A stretch of DNA of 64,000 bases from Armatimonadota bacterium (GCA_039811685.1 JBDHZC010000004.1:128001-192000), one strand, 5' to 3'; shown: positions 9,571-20,099, counted from the stretch's first letter. Notes: a model not told the origin generated them from the sequence alone. Numbers and translations: made by a program.

Positions 9571-10798
9571 ATCCATGGAAGGACGCGGGCGACCAGAGAA
9601 CGGCATTATCGCGGTTTTCCTGTTGCTCGCATTCCTCGGGCTTGTCAGTGTTGCGTGTGCCAGCTACGTAGAGGCTGGGCGCAACGTGGGGAGCCAGTCG
9701 TACTTCACTACCAGGCATGCCGGGTTTCTCCTCATTGCCGCTCTGGTAGCTTACGGCTGCGCTCGGATTCCGTCCTCGGGCTGGCGCGTGCTTTCGTTTG
9801 GAATCTACCTGCTGGCGTTGTTCCTGTCGCTTGCTGTCCTTATGCCGGGTCTCGGCGCATCTGCCAATGGCGCGACACGTTGGCTGAAACTGGGTCCAGT
9901 TAAGGTTCAGCCTTCTGAGCTCCTCAAGCTGGGAGTCATTCTGGCGATGTCCGCTTATCTGACCACCAGATCTGGCAGTACGCGGCGGTTGTTCCCGGGA
10001 ATGGCCGGCGCGCTTTCTCTGATGGGCCTTCCTGCCCTGATAGTGTTAAAACAGGACGATCTTGGAACGGCGATAGTCCTTATGCTTATCGGGATTGCGC
10101 TTCTGTTTGCTGCGGGAACGCCGAAGCGCTACATGGCGCTGACTCTGGCTGGAATCACTCTGCTGGGATGTGCGGCTATTATTCACGCTCCATACCGTCA
10201 GGACCGCGTAAAAGCGTGGCTGGATCCCTGGCGTCACAAAGCCGACGAAGGCTATCAGAATGTTCAGGCGTACTATGCGTTTGGTCAGGGTGGCTGGCAT
10301 GGCGTCGGCATCGGCCAGGGTATGGCCAAGTACTATCTCCCCGCGCCACATACTGACTTTGTTTTTGCGACAGTCGCAGAAGAGACCGGGATATTCGGAA
10401 CCAGTGTAATCGTGGGACTCTTTGGCTATCTGGCGTGGATGGGACTGCGCGTGTCCCGGCGCTCGAAATCCGCTTTTGGCCGGCTGGCCAGTGTAGGCGC
10501 CGTAACTTATTTGTGCGGGCAGGCTTGTCTCAACATTGCCGTTGTCACCGGTCTTTTCCCCTGCACGGGCGTCCCATTGCCTTTCATCAGCTACGGGGGT
10601 ACGTCTCTTATTGTTGGTGGCGCCGCGCTGGGCCTGTTGTATTCATTTTCAAAAAACACTGTTCTTGCCACCAAGGAGGACCGCGATGAAGGTCATGGTT
10701 ACCGGGGGAGGGACCGGCGGACACGTTTACCCCGTCCTGGCGGTAGTGTCGGCCCTGCGCCGGCTCGACCCCGATCTCCATCTCCAGTACGGCGGTAG
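9563..10798 (+). CDS. ftsW: SEDS peptidoglycan polymerase FtsW
   Basis: NGATRW, QPSELLK, LPAPHTDFVF, TGVPLPFISYGG. GTG 9563 follows GGAGG. Confidence 0.93.
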   Translation: MSESMEGRGRPENGIIAVFLLLAFLGLVSVACASYVEAGRNVGSQSYFTTRHAGFLLIAALVAYGCARIPSSGWRVLSFGIYLLALFLSLAVLMPGLGASANGATRWLKLGPVKVQPSELLKLGVILAMSAYLTTRSGSTRRLFPGMAGALSLMGLPALIVLKQDDLGTAIVLMLIGIALLFAAGTPKRYMALTLAGITLLGCAAIIHAPYRQDRVKAWLDPWRHKADEGYQNVQAYYAFGQGGWHGVGIGQGMAKYYLPAPHTDFVFATVAEETGIFGTSVIVGLFGYLAWMGLRVSRRSKSAFGRLASVGAVTYLCGQACLNIAVVTGLFPCTGVPLPFISYGGTSLIVGGAALGLLYSFSKNTVLATKEDRDEGHGYRGRDRRTRLPRPGGSVGPAPARPRSPSPVRR

Positions 10799-11777
10799 GC
10801 AGGGCGGTGTCGAAGAGCGACTTGCGGCGCAGCACAGTATCCCGTTCGTCTCGATAGCGGGCAGGCCGGTAAGCGGCGGAGCGCGCGCGGCCAGAGCGCT
10901 GGTCAGCTTGGCTTCAGGTGTCGCTCAGGCGCGCAGAGTGCTGAGTGCCGAGCAGCCAGATGTCGTCCTCAGTACAGGCGGCTACGCGAGCACGGCGCTT
11001 GCCACCGCTCAGGCGCTGCGCCGACGACCGCTCGTCATTGTAGAGGGCAATGCGCTGCCCGGAAGAACCAACCGTTTTCTCGGGCGCTGGGCTACTCTGG
11101 TTTGCACTGCTTTTGAGAGCTGCCAGCGGCACTTCCCCGGAGTCATCACAGTGCGCACGGGCTTTCCCGTACGCGCGGATATGCTGCAAAAGCACTCTGC
11201 GTCCCAAAGCCGGAAGGCCTTTGGTCTGGATCCGGAGCGTTTTGCGCTTCTGGTCACAGGCGGGAGCCAGGGCGCCGCTTTTTTCAACCAGCTTGTTGCG
11301 GACTGCGCCCACAGACTTATTGCTGAGGGAGTTCAGATTCTGCACCAGACCGGATCGAAAGATCAGGACTTCCAGCCGCCTGAGCAGGATGGGTGGGTGT
11401 GCCGCACCCATATTGAAGATATGGCGCAGGCCTATGCGGCGGCAGATGTCGTCTTGAGCCGATGCGGCGCTTCAACGCTCTCGGAGCTCGCCATACAGGG
11501 CGCCGCTGCCATTCTCACTCCCTATCCATTTGCGCAAGCCGACCATCAGACGTACAATGCAAGAGAGCTTACGGACGCAGGAAGAGCGATCTTTATGGCG
11601 CAGCCGGACTTGACGTCTGGGGCGTTTGCTGAAACCGTCCTTGCGTTAAAAGAGGATGGAGCACGCAGAAGTCACCTGGTGGAGAAGCTCAAAGAGTGGG
11701 CGCGGCCGGATGCAGCGAAGGACGTCGCGGGTCTGACACTCCAGGCCGCTTCCGTGGGCATTGCAGGCGGAGGATGA
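10686..11777 (+). CDS. murG: Lipid II GlcNAc transferase MurG
   Basis: GGGTGGHVYP, TGGYAS, GGSQGA, DHQTYNA. AGGAGG precedes ATG 10686. Confidence 0.95.
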   Translation: MKVMVTGGGTGGHVYPVLAVVSALRRLDPDLHLQYGGRQGGVEERLAAQHSIPFVSIAGRPVSGGARAARALVSLASGVAQARRVLSAEQPDVVLSTGGYASTALATAQALRRRPLVIVEGNALPGRTNRFLGRWATLVCTAFESCQRHFPGVITVRTGFPVRADMLQKHSASQSRKAFGLDPERFALLVTGGSQGAAFFNQLVADCAHRLIAEGVQILHQTGSKDQDFQPPEQDGWVCRTHIEDMAQAYAAADVVLSRCGASTLSELAIQGAAAILTPYPFAQADHQTYNARELTDAGRAIFMAQPDLTSGAFAETVLALKEDGARRSHLVEKLKEWARPDAAKDVAGLTLQAASVGIAGGG

Positions 11778-11789
11778 AATCGGGAACGC

Positions 11790-13235
11790 TTGGCGCACAA
11801 TAGATTGACAGTGACAACTACTCACCACACAGAGCCTTACAGAGCAGATGAGCTTCCGTTCACACACTTCATCGGGATAGGTGGGGCAGGGATGAGCGCG
11901 ATCGCGCACGTCCTGAAAGCATCCGGGTGCGAAGTGCAGGGCTCCGACCGCTTTGAGACTCTTGCGACGGCTACACTGCGCGAGGTTGGGATTCCGGTCT
12001 TTATCGGTCACGACGCCTCAAATGTCAAAGACGCTCAGCGTGTCGTTTACACTCGTGCCGTGCCGGATGACAACCCCGAGCTTTCTTCTGCCCGTAAAGC
12101 GGGAATTCCGGTTATTGAGCGCGCTGAAATGCTTGGGAAGCTGTACGAACTGTTCAGTCAGCGCGTCTCTGTCACGGGAACTCACGGCAAGACAAGCACT
12201 TCCGCTATGCTGGCCTCCATTCTTGTGAAGTGCGGACTGGACCCCACTGTGCTGATAGGTGGGCATGTCCCGGATATCGGAGGGCATGCGCGGCTTGGCC
12301 GCTCTGAGATCATTGTCGCTGAAGCATGTGAAGCGTACGCGTCATTTCTGCATCTGCGCTCCAGTCTCGCTCTTGTGACCAATGTTGACAAGGATCACCT
12401 GGACTACTACAAGACTTACGATCGAGTAAAACAGGCGTTCGTTGATTTCCTGATGAATGTGGACGAAGATGGCGTGGTCCTTGCCTGCGCAGATGACGCT
12501 ACGCTCATGGCTCTTCGCGACAGAGTGCGCCGAAAATGGCAGACATACGGATATGCGGAAGATGCGACCTTCCGCATTATCGAAGTGCATCGCACAGATG
12601 CGGGCGAGTCATTTACCGTGGTGGGTCCACAATGGCGGGAGAAAGTGCAACTGCCGCTTTACGGCCGGCATTTCGTCTCCAACGCGGCGGGCGCGCTTGT
12701 CGCCGCTGTAGAGCTTGGGTGCGATCCGCGGGACGCCGCCGCTGCGCTTTCCAGTTTCAGCGGAGTCGGCCGCCGGATGGAGTTGAAAGGGCGAGCCGCC
12801 GGCGTGACTGTCGTGGATGACTACGCTCACCACCCTACTGAGATTGCCGCCACTCTCGCCGGCGCCCGGGAGCAGTTCGCAGGCCGGCTGACAGTGGTCT
12901 TTCAGCCGCACCTCTTCTCGCGGACAGCAGATCTTCTGGAGGATTTCACCCAGGCGCTTTTGCCTGTTGACAGGCTTGTGGTAACCAACGTCTATGCCGC
13001 GCGGGAGGACCCCGAGAGTGGACGGCAGGCAGACGCGCTTTTCGAGCGTCTCCAGAAGGCCGGTCATACTGATGTCCACTACGTTCCGGACCTTGCAGAT
13101 GTTGGGCGGTGGCTGAGTGAGAGCGTCATCGAGGGTGACGTCGTTATGACGATGGGCGCGGGCAATATCTATGAGGCAGGCGAAGACCTCCTGGCGCTGC
13201 TTGGCAGCAAGCCCGCGACGGTGCAGCAAAGATGA
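11790..13235 (+). CDS. murC: UDP-MurNAc:L-Ala ligase MurC
   Basis: HFIGIGGAGMS, GTHGKTST, DDYAHHPTE, FQPH. Confidence 0.95.
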   Translation: MAHNRLTVTTTHHTEPYRADELPFTHFIGIGGAGMSAIAHVLKASGCEVQGSDRFETLATATLREVGIPVFIGHDASNVKDAQRVVYTRAVPDDNPELSSARKAGIPVIERAEMLGKLYELFSQRVSVTGTHGKTSTSAMLASILVKCGLDPTVLIGGHVPDIGGHARLGRSEIIVAEACEAYASFLHLRSSLALVTNVDKDHLDYYKTYDRVKQAFVDFLMNVDEDGVVLACADDATLMALRDRVRRKWQTYGYAEDATFRIIEVHRTDAGESFTVVGPQWREKVQLPLYGRHFVSNAAGALVAAVELGCDPRDAAAALSSFSGVGRRMELKGRAAGVTVVDDYAHHPTEIAATLAGAREQFAGRLTVVFQPHLFSRTADLLEDFTQALLPVDRLVVTNVYAAREDPESGRQADALFERLQKAGHTDVHYVPDLADVGRWLSESVIEGDVVMTMGAGNIYEAGEDLLALLGSKPATVQQR

Positions 13236-14173
13236 TCCAATCGACAGACTTGATTACTGAGACCGCGCAGATCTTGAAGGACCGTCTGGAAAGTCCTGTC
13301 TCCCTCCGCGAACCTCTGGCAAAGTACACCACATTCGGTCTGGGAGGATGCGCGGACGTTTTTGTCAATGTGGGGACGCTGGTGGACCTGCGAACGCTGT
13401 TGGCTGTGGCCTTCAGCGCTGGAGTGCCTGTCACCGTCCTTGGCGACGGGAGCAATGTGCTCATTTCAGACCTTGGAGTGCGCGGAATTGTCATCAAGCT
13501 CGCAGGTGAGTTCAACACTTTTACGATTGACGGACGTGAGGTCGAGGCTGGCGGAAGCGTTGGAATGAGCAGGCTTATTGCAGAGACAGCGCGCGCTGGT
13601 CTCGCTGGGCTTGAAAATGTCTATGGAGTGCCGGGCAGCGTGGGAGGTTGCGTGTACATGAATGCGGGCACCCGGTACGGCTGGACGTCAGACACACTTG
13701 TGGATGTCCTTGTTGTGCAGCCGGATGGGAAGGAGAGCTTGATGTCCAGGGACGATCTTGAGATGTCCTATCGTCACAGTCGCCTTCAGCAAATGAACCC
13801 TGCGCCCGTCGTCGCCCGTGCGCGCTTTCGACTTGAGTCCGAAGATTCTTCAGCTATACGCTCGCGTATTGCCGAGCGAGCCAAGGCGCGTCAGGCTTCC
13901 CAGCCACTGAATCACAGAAGCTGTGGATGTATGTTTACAAATCCCGGTTCAGATTCCGCCGGGCGCCTGATTGATGAGTGCGGTTTGAAAGGTCTGTCCG
14001 AAGGCAGCGTGAGTGTCTCCGGCAAGCACGCGAACTTCTTCGTCACAGACGAAGGGGCAACGGCCGCAGATGTCCGAAAGTTGGCTGAGAGAGTGCGGAA
14101 CAGGGTTCGTGAGCGTACAGGTATAACTCTTGATCTGGAAGTCAGACTGTTGGGAGAGTGGCCGGATGAGTAG
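13232..14173 (+). CDS. murB: UDP-GlcNAc-enolpyruvate reductase MurB
   Basis: GDGSNVL, PGSVGG.YMNAG, YRHS, SCGCMFTNP, KHANFF. Confidence 0.95.
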   Translation: MIQSTDLITETAQILKDRLESPVSLREPLAKYTTFGLGGCADVFVNVGTLVDLRTLLAVAFSAGVPVTVLGDGSNVLISDLGVRGIVIKLAGEFNTFTIDGREVEAGGSVGMSRLIAETARAGLAGLENVYGVPGSVGGCVYMNAGTRYGWTSDTLVDVLVVQPDGKESLMSRDDLEMSYRHSRLQQMNPAPVVARARFRLESEDSSAIRSRIAERAKARQASQPLNHRSCGCMFTNPGSDSAGRLIDECGLKGLSEGSVSVSGKHANFFVTDEGATAADVRKLAERVRNRVRERTGITLDLEVRLLGEWPDE

Positions 14174-15221
14174 TGGCAAAAAGGATGTTGTCATTCTGAT
14201 GGGCGGAGCTTCTGCCGAGCGGGAAGTATCCCTGGTCAGTGGGCGGGCCGTGATGGAGGCCATCGACACGGAGCGCTACAACGCTCGCACTGTGGAAGTT
14301 GGCGCTGCCGGGCGCATCGCCGCCCGGGCGAATAGCTCAGGTTCCCAGCAGCAACTGTCGCATTCCGTCAGTACTCTGGAGTCTGACCGGTGCGAAGAGG
14401 TGAGCGCGGCTCACGAGCTGGCTCATGAACTGACCCGGGGCGGACGCTTGCCGGACGTGGTATTTGTCGCTATGCACGGGCGTTACGGAGAAGACGGCAC
14501 AGTGCAGGGTCTGCTGGAGTTGCTGGGAGTTCCTTACACCGGCTCTGGAGTGCTCGCAAGCGCCCTTGCGATGGACAAACTGATGTCCAAGCGCATCTTC
14601 CACAGCGCAGGTATTCCCACACCGCGTTGGCTGTCCATCTCCAGACAGCAGTATGTGCGCTTTGGCGCTCCTGATGTTGGAATGGGTTGTGGATTTCCCG
14701 CGATCATCAAACCCAACCGCGAAGGCTCAACAATCGGCTGCACGCGCATCTCTTCGCAGCGCGAAGTGGAGGCGGCGTTGGAAGAGGCGCTTCGACACGA
14801 TGAAGTCGCTCTCATAGAAGAGTACGTTGAAGGTGTTGAGCTTACTGCGGGAATTCTGGGCGATCGGCCTCCGCAGGTTCTTCCACTCGTTGAAATTCGG
14901 CCAAAGACCGGGTTTTACGACTATGAGGCCAAGTATACGGCCGGGCTCACCGAAAAGATTGTCCCCGCGCAGATCAGCGAGTCTGTAGCGCGCCACACCA
15001 GTGAGATCGCCCAGCAGGTTCACACTGTCATCGGTTGCAGCGGTATGTCGAGAGTGGATTTCATCGTGACGTCTGAGGGACCGACAGTTCTTGAAGTTAA
15101 TACTATTCCGGGGATGACGCCGACCAGCCTGCTTCCGCGAGCGGCTCAGGCGGCAGGCATCGCTTTTACAGACATGATCACGCGTATTATTGAGTCTGGT
15201 TTGGAGGAGGGAGTCAGGTGA
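14166..15221 (+). CDS. ddl: D-alanine--D-alanine ligase
   Basis: GGASAEREVSL, HGRYGEDG, FYDYEAKY, LEVNTIPG. Confidence 0.95.
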   Translation: MSSGKKDVVILMGGASAEREVSLVSGRAVMEAIDTERYNARTVEVGAAGRIAARANSSGSQQQLSHSVSTLESDRCEEVSAAHELAHELTRGGRLPDVVFVAMHGRYGEDGTVQGLLELLGVPYTGSGVLASALAMDKLMSKRIFHSAGIPTPRWLSISRQQYVRFGAPDVGMGCGFPAIIKPNREGSTIGCTRISSQREVEAALEEALRHDEVALIEEYVEGVELTAGILGDRPPQVLPLVEIRPKTGFYDYEAKYTAGLTEKIVPAQISESVARHTSEIAQQVHTVIGCSGMSRVDFIVTSEGPTVLEVNTIPGMTPTSLLPRAAQAAGIAFTDMITRIIESGLEEGVR

Positions 15222-16012
15222 GAAGGCGGCGGCTCTACCCACAGGCAGGCAAGACGGATATGGCGCTCCGCGCTGTCCGGCGAGCGCGGAAGCTCACGCG
15301 CACGCTCATCAACGCGGCCGCTGTGGCACTGTGTGTGGAAGCAGTGCTGTTTCTATTCACCTCACCGCACCTGCAGGTTGACAAGGTAGTGGTGCAGGGT
15401 GGCTCTCCCGCCGTCAATGCCTGGGCGACGGCGCAACTGAAAACAGCCATTGGAACCAACTTCCTCCGCGCACCCGTTCAATCTCTTGAAGCGACTGTTG
15501 CCGCTCATCCGTTTATCAAGGACGTGGCAGTGGCGCGACGCCTGCCAACGACGCTGGCTATGCGGGTGGTCGAGCGAAAGCCGTATGCTTGCGTCAGATC
15601 GAAGGGGACTGTGTACATTGTGGACCAGGATCTGGTGCCGTTCAGAACGGCGTCTGCTCCACTTAAGGGATGCGCGGTGCTGGATGTCTCTGGCGCGAGT
15701 CCTCCACAGCTCGGAAAAAAGTGGACGAGCGCCTATGTGAAGCAGGTTGTGCGAGGTCTGGAGGTAGCTCGCGACAGGGGGTTGAAAGCGCTCCGTGTGT
15801 CAATTGACCGGGACGGCTACATGTGCTTAAATACGGTGGACGGAGTGCAGATTCGCGCCGGTTCACCTCAAGATATTGAGAAAAAGCTTTACGAAGCTTC
15901 CAGATTTCTCATGTCTCAGGCTGTGCCGCTCGATCAGATCCAATACGTCGATGTAAGCTGTCCGACAGCCCCCGCTTTGGGCCCGCGTACAGCAAAATCG
16001 GCGACCCCATAG
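15218..16012 (+). CDS. ftsQ: Cell division protein FtsQ/DivIB
   Basis: TM helix, POTRA-like segment (V.RRLPTTL.MRVVERKP), C-terminal YVDV; expected dcw position. Confidence 0.85.
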   Translation: MRRRRLYPQAGKTDMALRAVRRARKLTRTLINAAAVALCVEAVLFLFTSPHLQVDKVVVQGGSPAVNAWATAQLKTAIGTNFLRAPVQSLEATVAAHPFIKDVAVARRLPTTLAMRVVERKPYACVRSKGTVYIVDQDLVPFRTASAPLKGCAVLDVSGASPPQLGKKWTSAYVKQVVRGLEVARDRGLKALRVSIDRDGYMCLNTVDGVQIRAGSPQDIEKKLYEASRFLMSQAVPLDQIQYVDVSCPTAPALGPRTAKSATP

Positions 16013-16134
16013 ATTCGCCCGAGCTGCCGCGCACAGGCGACATGCCGCGCAGATATCTGTGGCGTGACGCCAACTCTAACTGAACTGATCCCCGAAAATC
16101 TCGGGGTTTCCCAATCTCTCGAGTAGGTGTAGCA

Positions 16135-16920
16135 ATGAATGGATTTTTCAGCCAGCTTTCAGTTCGAAGATGGCTGTTCAACGTCACCCTGATGTGCCTG
16201 TTGCTTGGTGGCTTGCTGGCTGCCACTCTCAACACGCAGGCGGGCCTGAAGCGAGATCTGGGGCTGGAAGGCGGCGCGCAGGGCGGGAGACTTCCGTGGC
16301 TGGTTCAGACGCTGAAAGAACAGCGGGATACTAATGAAAATCTGAAGGGTACAATCCAGGGCTTGCGGAAGCAGGTGGAGAAGTACGAGACAGCCGTTGC
16401 TGACACCAGCAAGACGACGGACGCTCTCAACAAAGAGGTGCAGGATCTGAAGTTGCTCAGCGGCTTGACGACAGTCAAAGGGCAGGGTGTGGTTGTCACG
16501 CTTGACGACAACAAGAAATCATCTCTCCTGCAGTCACAGTCCGAAGACGCCAACGGCTTTCCGATGTACATTGTTCACGATTGGGACCTTCGGGCTTTTG
16601 TGAGCGAGCTGTTTGCTTCGGGGGCTGAGGCGGTGTCAATCAATGAACATCGGCTCAGTTCGCGCTCGTCTATCCGGTGTGTGGGGCCTGTGATTATGGT
16701 AAATGGCGATCCAGCTGCGCCTCCATTTGTGATAAAAGCGATTGGCGATAGCAAGGCGCTGGCGAGTGCGCTTAACATGCCGGGCGGCGTTGTGGACAGC
16801 GCAAGGGCAGATGGAGTAGGGCCAAAGGTGAAGGTGGAGCCTTCTGCGGGACTGGAGATTCCGCCGTTCACAGGCGCTACGAACTTCAAATACGCAAGAC
16901 AGGTGCCTTCCAAAGGCTAG
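16135..16920 (+). CDS. DUF881 family (YlxW/YlxX-like) protein
   Basis: TM plus coiled coil, GLTTVKGQGVVVTLDD, VHDWDL, ELFASGAEAVSIN, IRCVGP. Confidence 0.9.
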   Translation: MNGFFSQLSVRRWLFNVTLMCLLLGGLLAATLNTQAGLKRDLGLEGGAQGGRLPWLVQTLKEQRDTNENLKGTIQGLRKQVEKYETAVADTSKTTDALNKEVQDLKLLSGLTTVKGQGVVVTLDDNKKSSLLQSQSEDANGFPMYIVHDWDLRAFVSELFASGAEAVSINEHRLSSRSSIRCVGPVIMVNGDPAAPPFVIKAIGDSKALASALNMPGGVVDSARADGVGPKVKVEPSAGLEIPPFTGATNFKYARQVPSKG

Positions 16921-16934
16921 AGGAGATACCGCTA

Positions 16935-17297
16935 TTGGTCTGGCTGCCGATTCTGGCGCTGGTGGCAGGTTTTCTGCTTGTCTGGTTGAGCAGATGGTCG
17001 GTCTCTGGCGACTATGCCAGCTATCTTGGACTGGCAGCGCTGGCGGGGTTGGACTCTGTCTTTGGCGGCATTCGGGCAGGTCTGGAAGGCAAGTTTCACA
17101 CAGACGTGTTCGTGTCGGGGTTTATCGCCAACACCCTGCTGGCGGCGTCGTTGGCGTGGCTGGGCGACCAGATTGGTGTAGACTTGTTGCTGGCGGCCGT
17201 TGTGGCGCTCGGAGGGCGAGTCTTTTTGAATCTATCGCTGATTCGCAGATACTGGTTGACCCAGGTTTCTTTTGCGCGTCGCAGAGATTCCAACTAG
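16935..17297 (+). CDS. sbp: Small basic protein Sbp (DUF1290)
   Basis: LAGLDSVFGGIRA, FVSGF..N, G.RVF.NL..IRR. Confidence 0.9.
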   Translation: MVWLPILALVAGFLLVWLSRWSVSGDYASYLGLAALAGLDSVFGGIRAGLEGKFHTDVFVSGFIANTLLAASLAWLGDQIGVDLLLAAVVALGGRVFLNLSLIRRYWLTQVSFARRRDSN

Positions 17298-17518
17298 CCG
17301 GGAGAGGTCACCTCGTCGAATAGAGTTTTTACAGCAGGCTGTTTTTCTCTTGGAGTTGTCCGGACGGTCTCATCCGGTGACCGGGCTCGGGCGTCTCTGA
17401 CCGAAATATGGCAGGCGGGAGTTGACAATCGGCGCGCTGTCGCAGGCGCTGATGTGTTAGAGGGTAGCTGTTTGGCGTGGGCGTCAAGATTCCCGGGTCC
17501 GTGCCAAGAGGGAAGTCA

Positions 17519-18751
17519 TTGAGTCGAACCGAGATCATTGCCGGACTGGATGTCGGAACTACCAAGACGTGCATGGTAATTGCCGAGATTCACTCCAACG
17601 ACCGCATCGACATTATCGGCGAGGGCCTGGAGCCCTCGAGGGGCATTCAGCGCGGTGTGGTAGTGGACATTGACGCCACATCGCAGGCCATTCGCCAGGC
17701 GGCGGATAAGGCGGAGCAGGTTGCCGGAGCGCAGGTGACAGACGTCTTTATTGGTGTAACGGGTGAACACGTCTCATCAATGAACTCCAAGGGCATCGTC
17801 GCAATTCCCCATCAGCAGAAGCAGGTGCAGCAGGAGGATGTAGATCGCGCTGTGAAAGCCTCCTGTCAGGTCGTGTTGCCTCCAGATCGCGATATTATCC
17901 ACTCCATTCCCCGCGGGTTCTGCATTGATGGGCAAAACGGTATCCAGTCGCCTGTGGGCATGAGCGGTTCGCGGCTGGAAGTCGAGACGCATATTGTCCA
18001 CGGAGTTACCACTTTCATCCAGAATCTGGCAAAGTGCGTCGACAAATCAGGCCTGCACATAGAAGGTCTGGTGCTGCAAAGCGTTGCCGCGGCCCAGGCT
18101 GTCCTGACACCAGCAGATCGAGATCTGGGCGTGGCGGTTGTTGACATCGGTGGAGGAACCACCGACATCGCTATGTATACCGGGGGCAACATCGCGCACT
18201 CGGCGGTGATTGGCGTAGGCGGAAATCATGTCACGCAGGACCTGGCCGTTGGACTGCAGTGCTCGCTGGCGGAAGCTGAGCGTGTGAAGATTGTCGCTGG
18301 CGCGCTGCGCTCGGAGGACATCGAGGGCGATGAGAAGTTTTCGTTCATGCGAACCGGTGCTGATCAGCCGTCGCAGTTGCCGAAACAGCTCCTTGTAGAG
18401 ATTATTGAACCGCGCATGTCGGAGTTGCTTCAGTTTGTCGAGGATACGCTGACCAGAAGTGGTTGCCGTGGACGAATTCCGGGGGGTATCGTCCTTACGG
18501 GTGGGGCGTCTTTGATGCGCGGTCTGGTCGGTTTGGCGGAGCAGACGCTTGGGATGCCTGTGCGAATGGGAAAAGTAACGGGCGTGGGCGGTATCTCCGA
18601 GTCTGTTTCAGACCCGATTCATGCCACAGCGGTGGGTCTGGCTATCTACGGCGCGCGTCAGGATGTTGTCCGTGAGGAGCCTGGAAGAAAGGGCCTGCGT
18701 GGGTCGCTACTGTGGTTGAAGGATCTGATTCTGGGTTCAAACCCGGAGTGA
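17519..18751 (+). CDS. ftsA: Cell division protein FtsA
   Basis: GLDVGTTK, P.GMSG.RLE, DIGGGTTD, IVLTGG. Start inferred; frame open from 17477. Confidence 0.95.
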   Translation: MSRTEIIAGLDVGTTKTCMVIAEIHSNDRIDIIGEGLEPSRGIQRGVVVDIDATSQAIRQAADKAEQVAGAQVTDVFIGVTGEHVSSMNSKGIVAIPHQQKQVQQEDVDRAVKASCQVVLPPDRDIIHSIPRGFCIDGQNGIQSPVGMSGSRLEVETHIVHGVTTFIQNLAKCVDKSGLHIEGLVLQSVAAAQAVLTPADRDLGVAVVDIGGGTTDIAMYTGGNIAHSAVIGVGGNHVTQDLAVGLQCSLAEAERVKIVAGALRSEDIEGDEKFSFMRTGADQPSQLPKQLLVEIIEPRMSELLQFVEDTLTRSGCRGRIPGGIVLTGGASLMRGLVGLAEQTLGMPVRMGKVTGVGGISESVSDPIHATAVGLAIYGARQDVVREEPGRKGLRGSLLWLKDLILGSNPE

Positions 18752-18804
18752 AGGTCACCGGAAAAAACGACGCCAAGAAAGCCCTAAGTTGTAGCTGAAT
18801 TTTG

Positions 18805-18833
18805 TTAAAGTTTCAGGCCGTAGCTGTTATAAT
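18805..18833 (+). promoter_or_regulatory. Putative sigma70 promoter for ftsZ
   Basis: Extended -10 TGtTATAAT (18825-18833), with ttaaag 17 bp upstream. Confidence 0.55.
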
Positions 18834-18944
18834 GGAAACCGCATTTTCGGCTGCTGCCTTTGCGCGGATGTACCCGCAGCCGTTTGTTCTGAATTTTCAA
18901 AAGCAACAGCAGGAGTGGTCCACTCCATGGAGGAACGCTAGGCA

Positions 18945-20045
18945 ATGATCGAGAGACGACAGTCGGATAGCCCGGCGACCATCAAGGTCATCGGAGTTGG
19001 CGGGGCCGGATGCAATGCGGTGAACCGCATGATCGAAACGGGCCTGTCGGGAGTAGAGTTCGTGTGTATGAACACGGATCGGCAGGTGCTGGAGGTCTCT
19101 CACTCCGATACGCGGGTTCAGTTGGGCGAGCAACTGACTCGCGGGCTTGGCGCCGGGGGGAATCCGGATGTCGGACGCGGAGCTGCCGAAGAGAGCCGCC
19201 AGGAGATTCGCAGGTCTATTGACGGTGCGGAGATGGTATTCATCACCGCTGGGATGGGAGGCGGAACTGGTACTGGCGCATCGTCCATCGTCGCGGAAGA
19301 GTCACGCCAGGCTGGAGCGTTGACCGTTGCCGTTGTAACACGGCCGTTTGCCTTTGAGGGACCGCGCCGCGCCCGCAGCGCCGAGCAGGGCGCGAAATCT
19401 CTGAAAGAGAACGTTGATACCGTCATTTTCATCCCCAACGATCGCCTTTTGGAAGTTGCGGACAGGCGGATAAGTTTCACAGATGCCTTTAGGATGGCGG
19501 ACGACGTCTTGCGCCAGGGTGTGCAGGGCATTTCGGACATCATCACCATTCCGGGTCTGATCAACGTTGACTTTGCGGACGTCAAGAGCATTATGCAGGA
19601 CGCAGGGACGGCGCTGATGGGCATCGGAGTTGGCAACGGAGAGGATCGCGCGCAGATGGCCGCTCAGGCTGCTATTTCCAGCCCGATGCTGGAGACGACG
19701 GTGGACGGAGCGCGCGGGATTCTGTTCAATATTTCCGGCGGAGAAGATCTCACCATCTCTGAGGTCAATGACGCTGCTGAGATTATTTTTGCCGCCGCGC
19801 ACAAAGACGACGCGAACATCATCTTTGGCGCAGTTGTGGATCCGAAGTTGGAAGGGGAGATGCGGATCACGGTGCTGGCGACAGGCTTTGATTCCGCTGA
19901 GTACAGCCGACGCCTGGATGGGCAATCAAGACGGCCGGAATCAGAGCCGAAGCCGCAGCCTGCTGAGAGCATCGAAGCTATCAAGACGCCCGAGTTCGTT
20001 CCTGAGACCGAGCTGGACATTCCTGCGTTCCTGCGCCGGCGCTGA
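18945..20045 (+). CDS. ftsZ: Cell division GTPase FtsZ
   Basis: GGGTGTG tubulin motif, INVDFAD, C-terminal LDIPAFLRRR. Confidence 0.99.
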   Translation: MIERRQSDSPATIKVIGVGGAGCNAVNRMIETGLSGVEFVCMNTDRQVLEVSHSDTRVQLGEQLTRGLGAGGNPDVGRGAAEESRQEIRRSIDGAEMVFITAGMGGGTGTGASSIVAEESRQAGALTVAVVTRPFAFEGPRRARSAEQGAKSLKENVDTVIFIPNDRLLEVADRRISFTDAFRMADDVLRQGVQGISDIITIPGLINVDFADVKSIMQDAGTALMGIGVGNGEDRAQMAAQAAISSPMLETTVDGARGILFNISGGEDLTISEVNDAAEIIFAAAHKDDANIIFGAVVDPKLEGEMRITVLATGFDSAEYSRRLDGQSRRPESEPKPQPAESIEAIKTPEFVPETELDIPAFLRRR

Positions 20046-20071
20046 CTTTCGGGCGCTTTTCCCACGTCATT

Positions 20072-20099
20072 GCCCTGGGCGCTTCGCCCAGGGCTTTTT
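20072..20099 (+). terminator. Intrinsic terminator after ftsZ
   Basis: gccctgggcg-ctt-cgcccagggc-ttttt. Confidence 0.85.
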
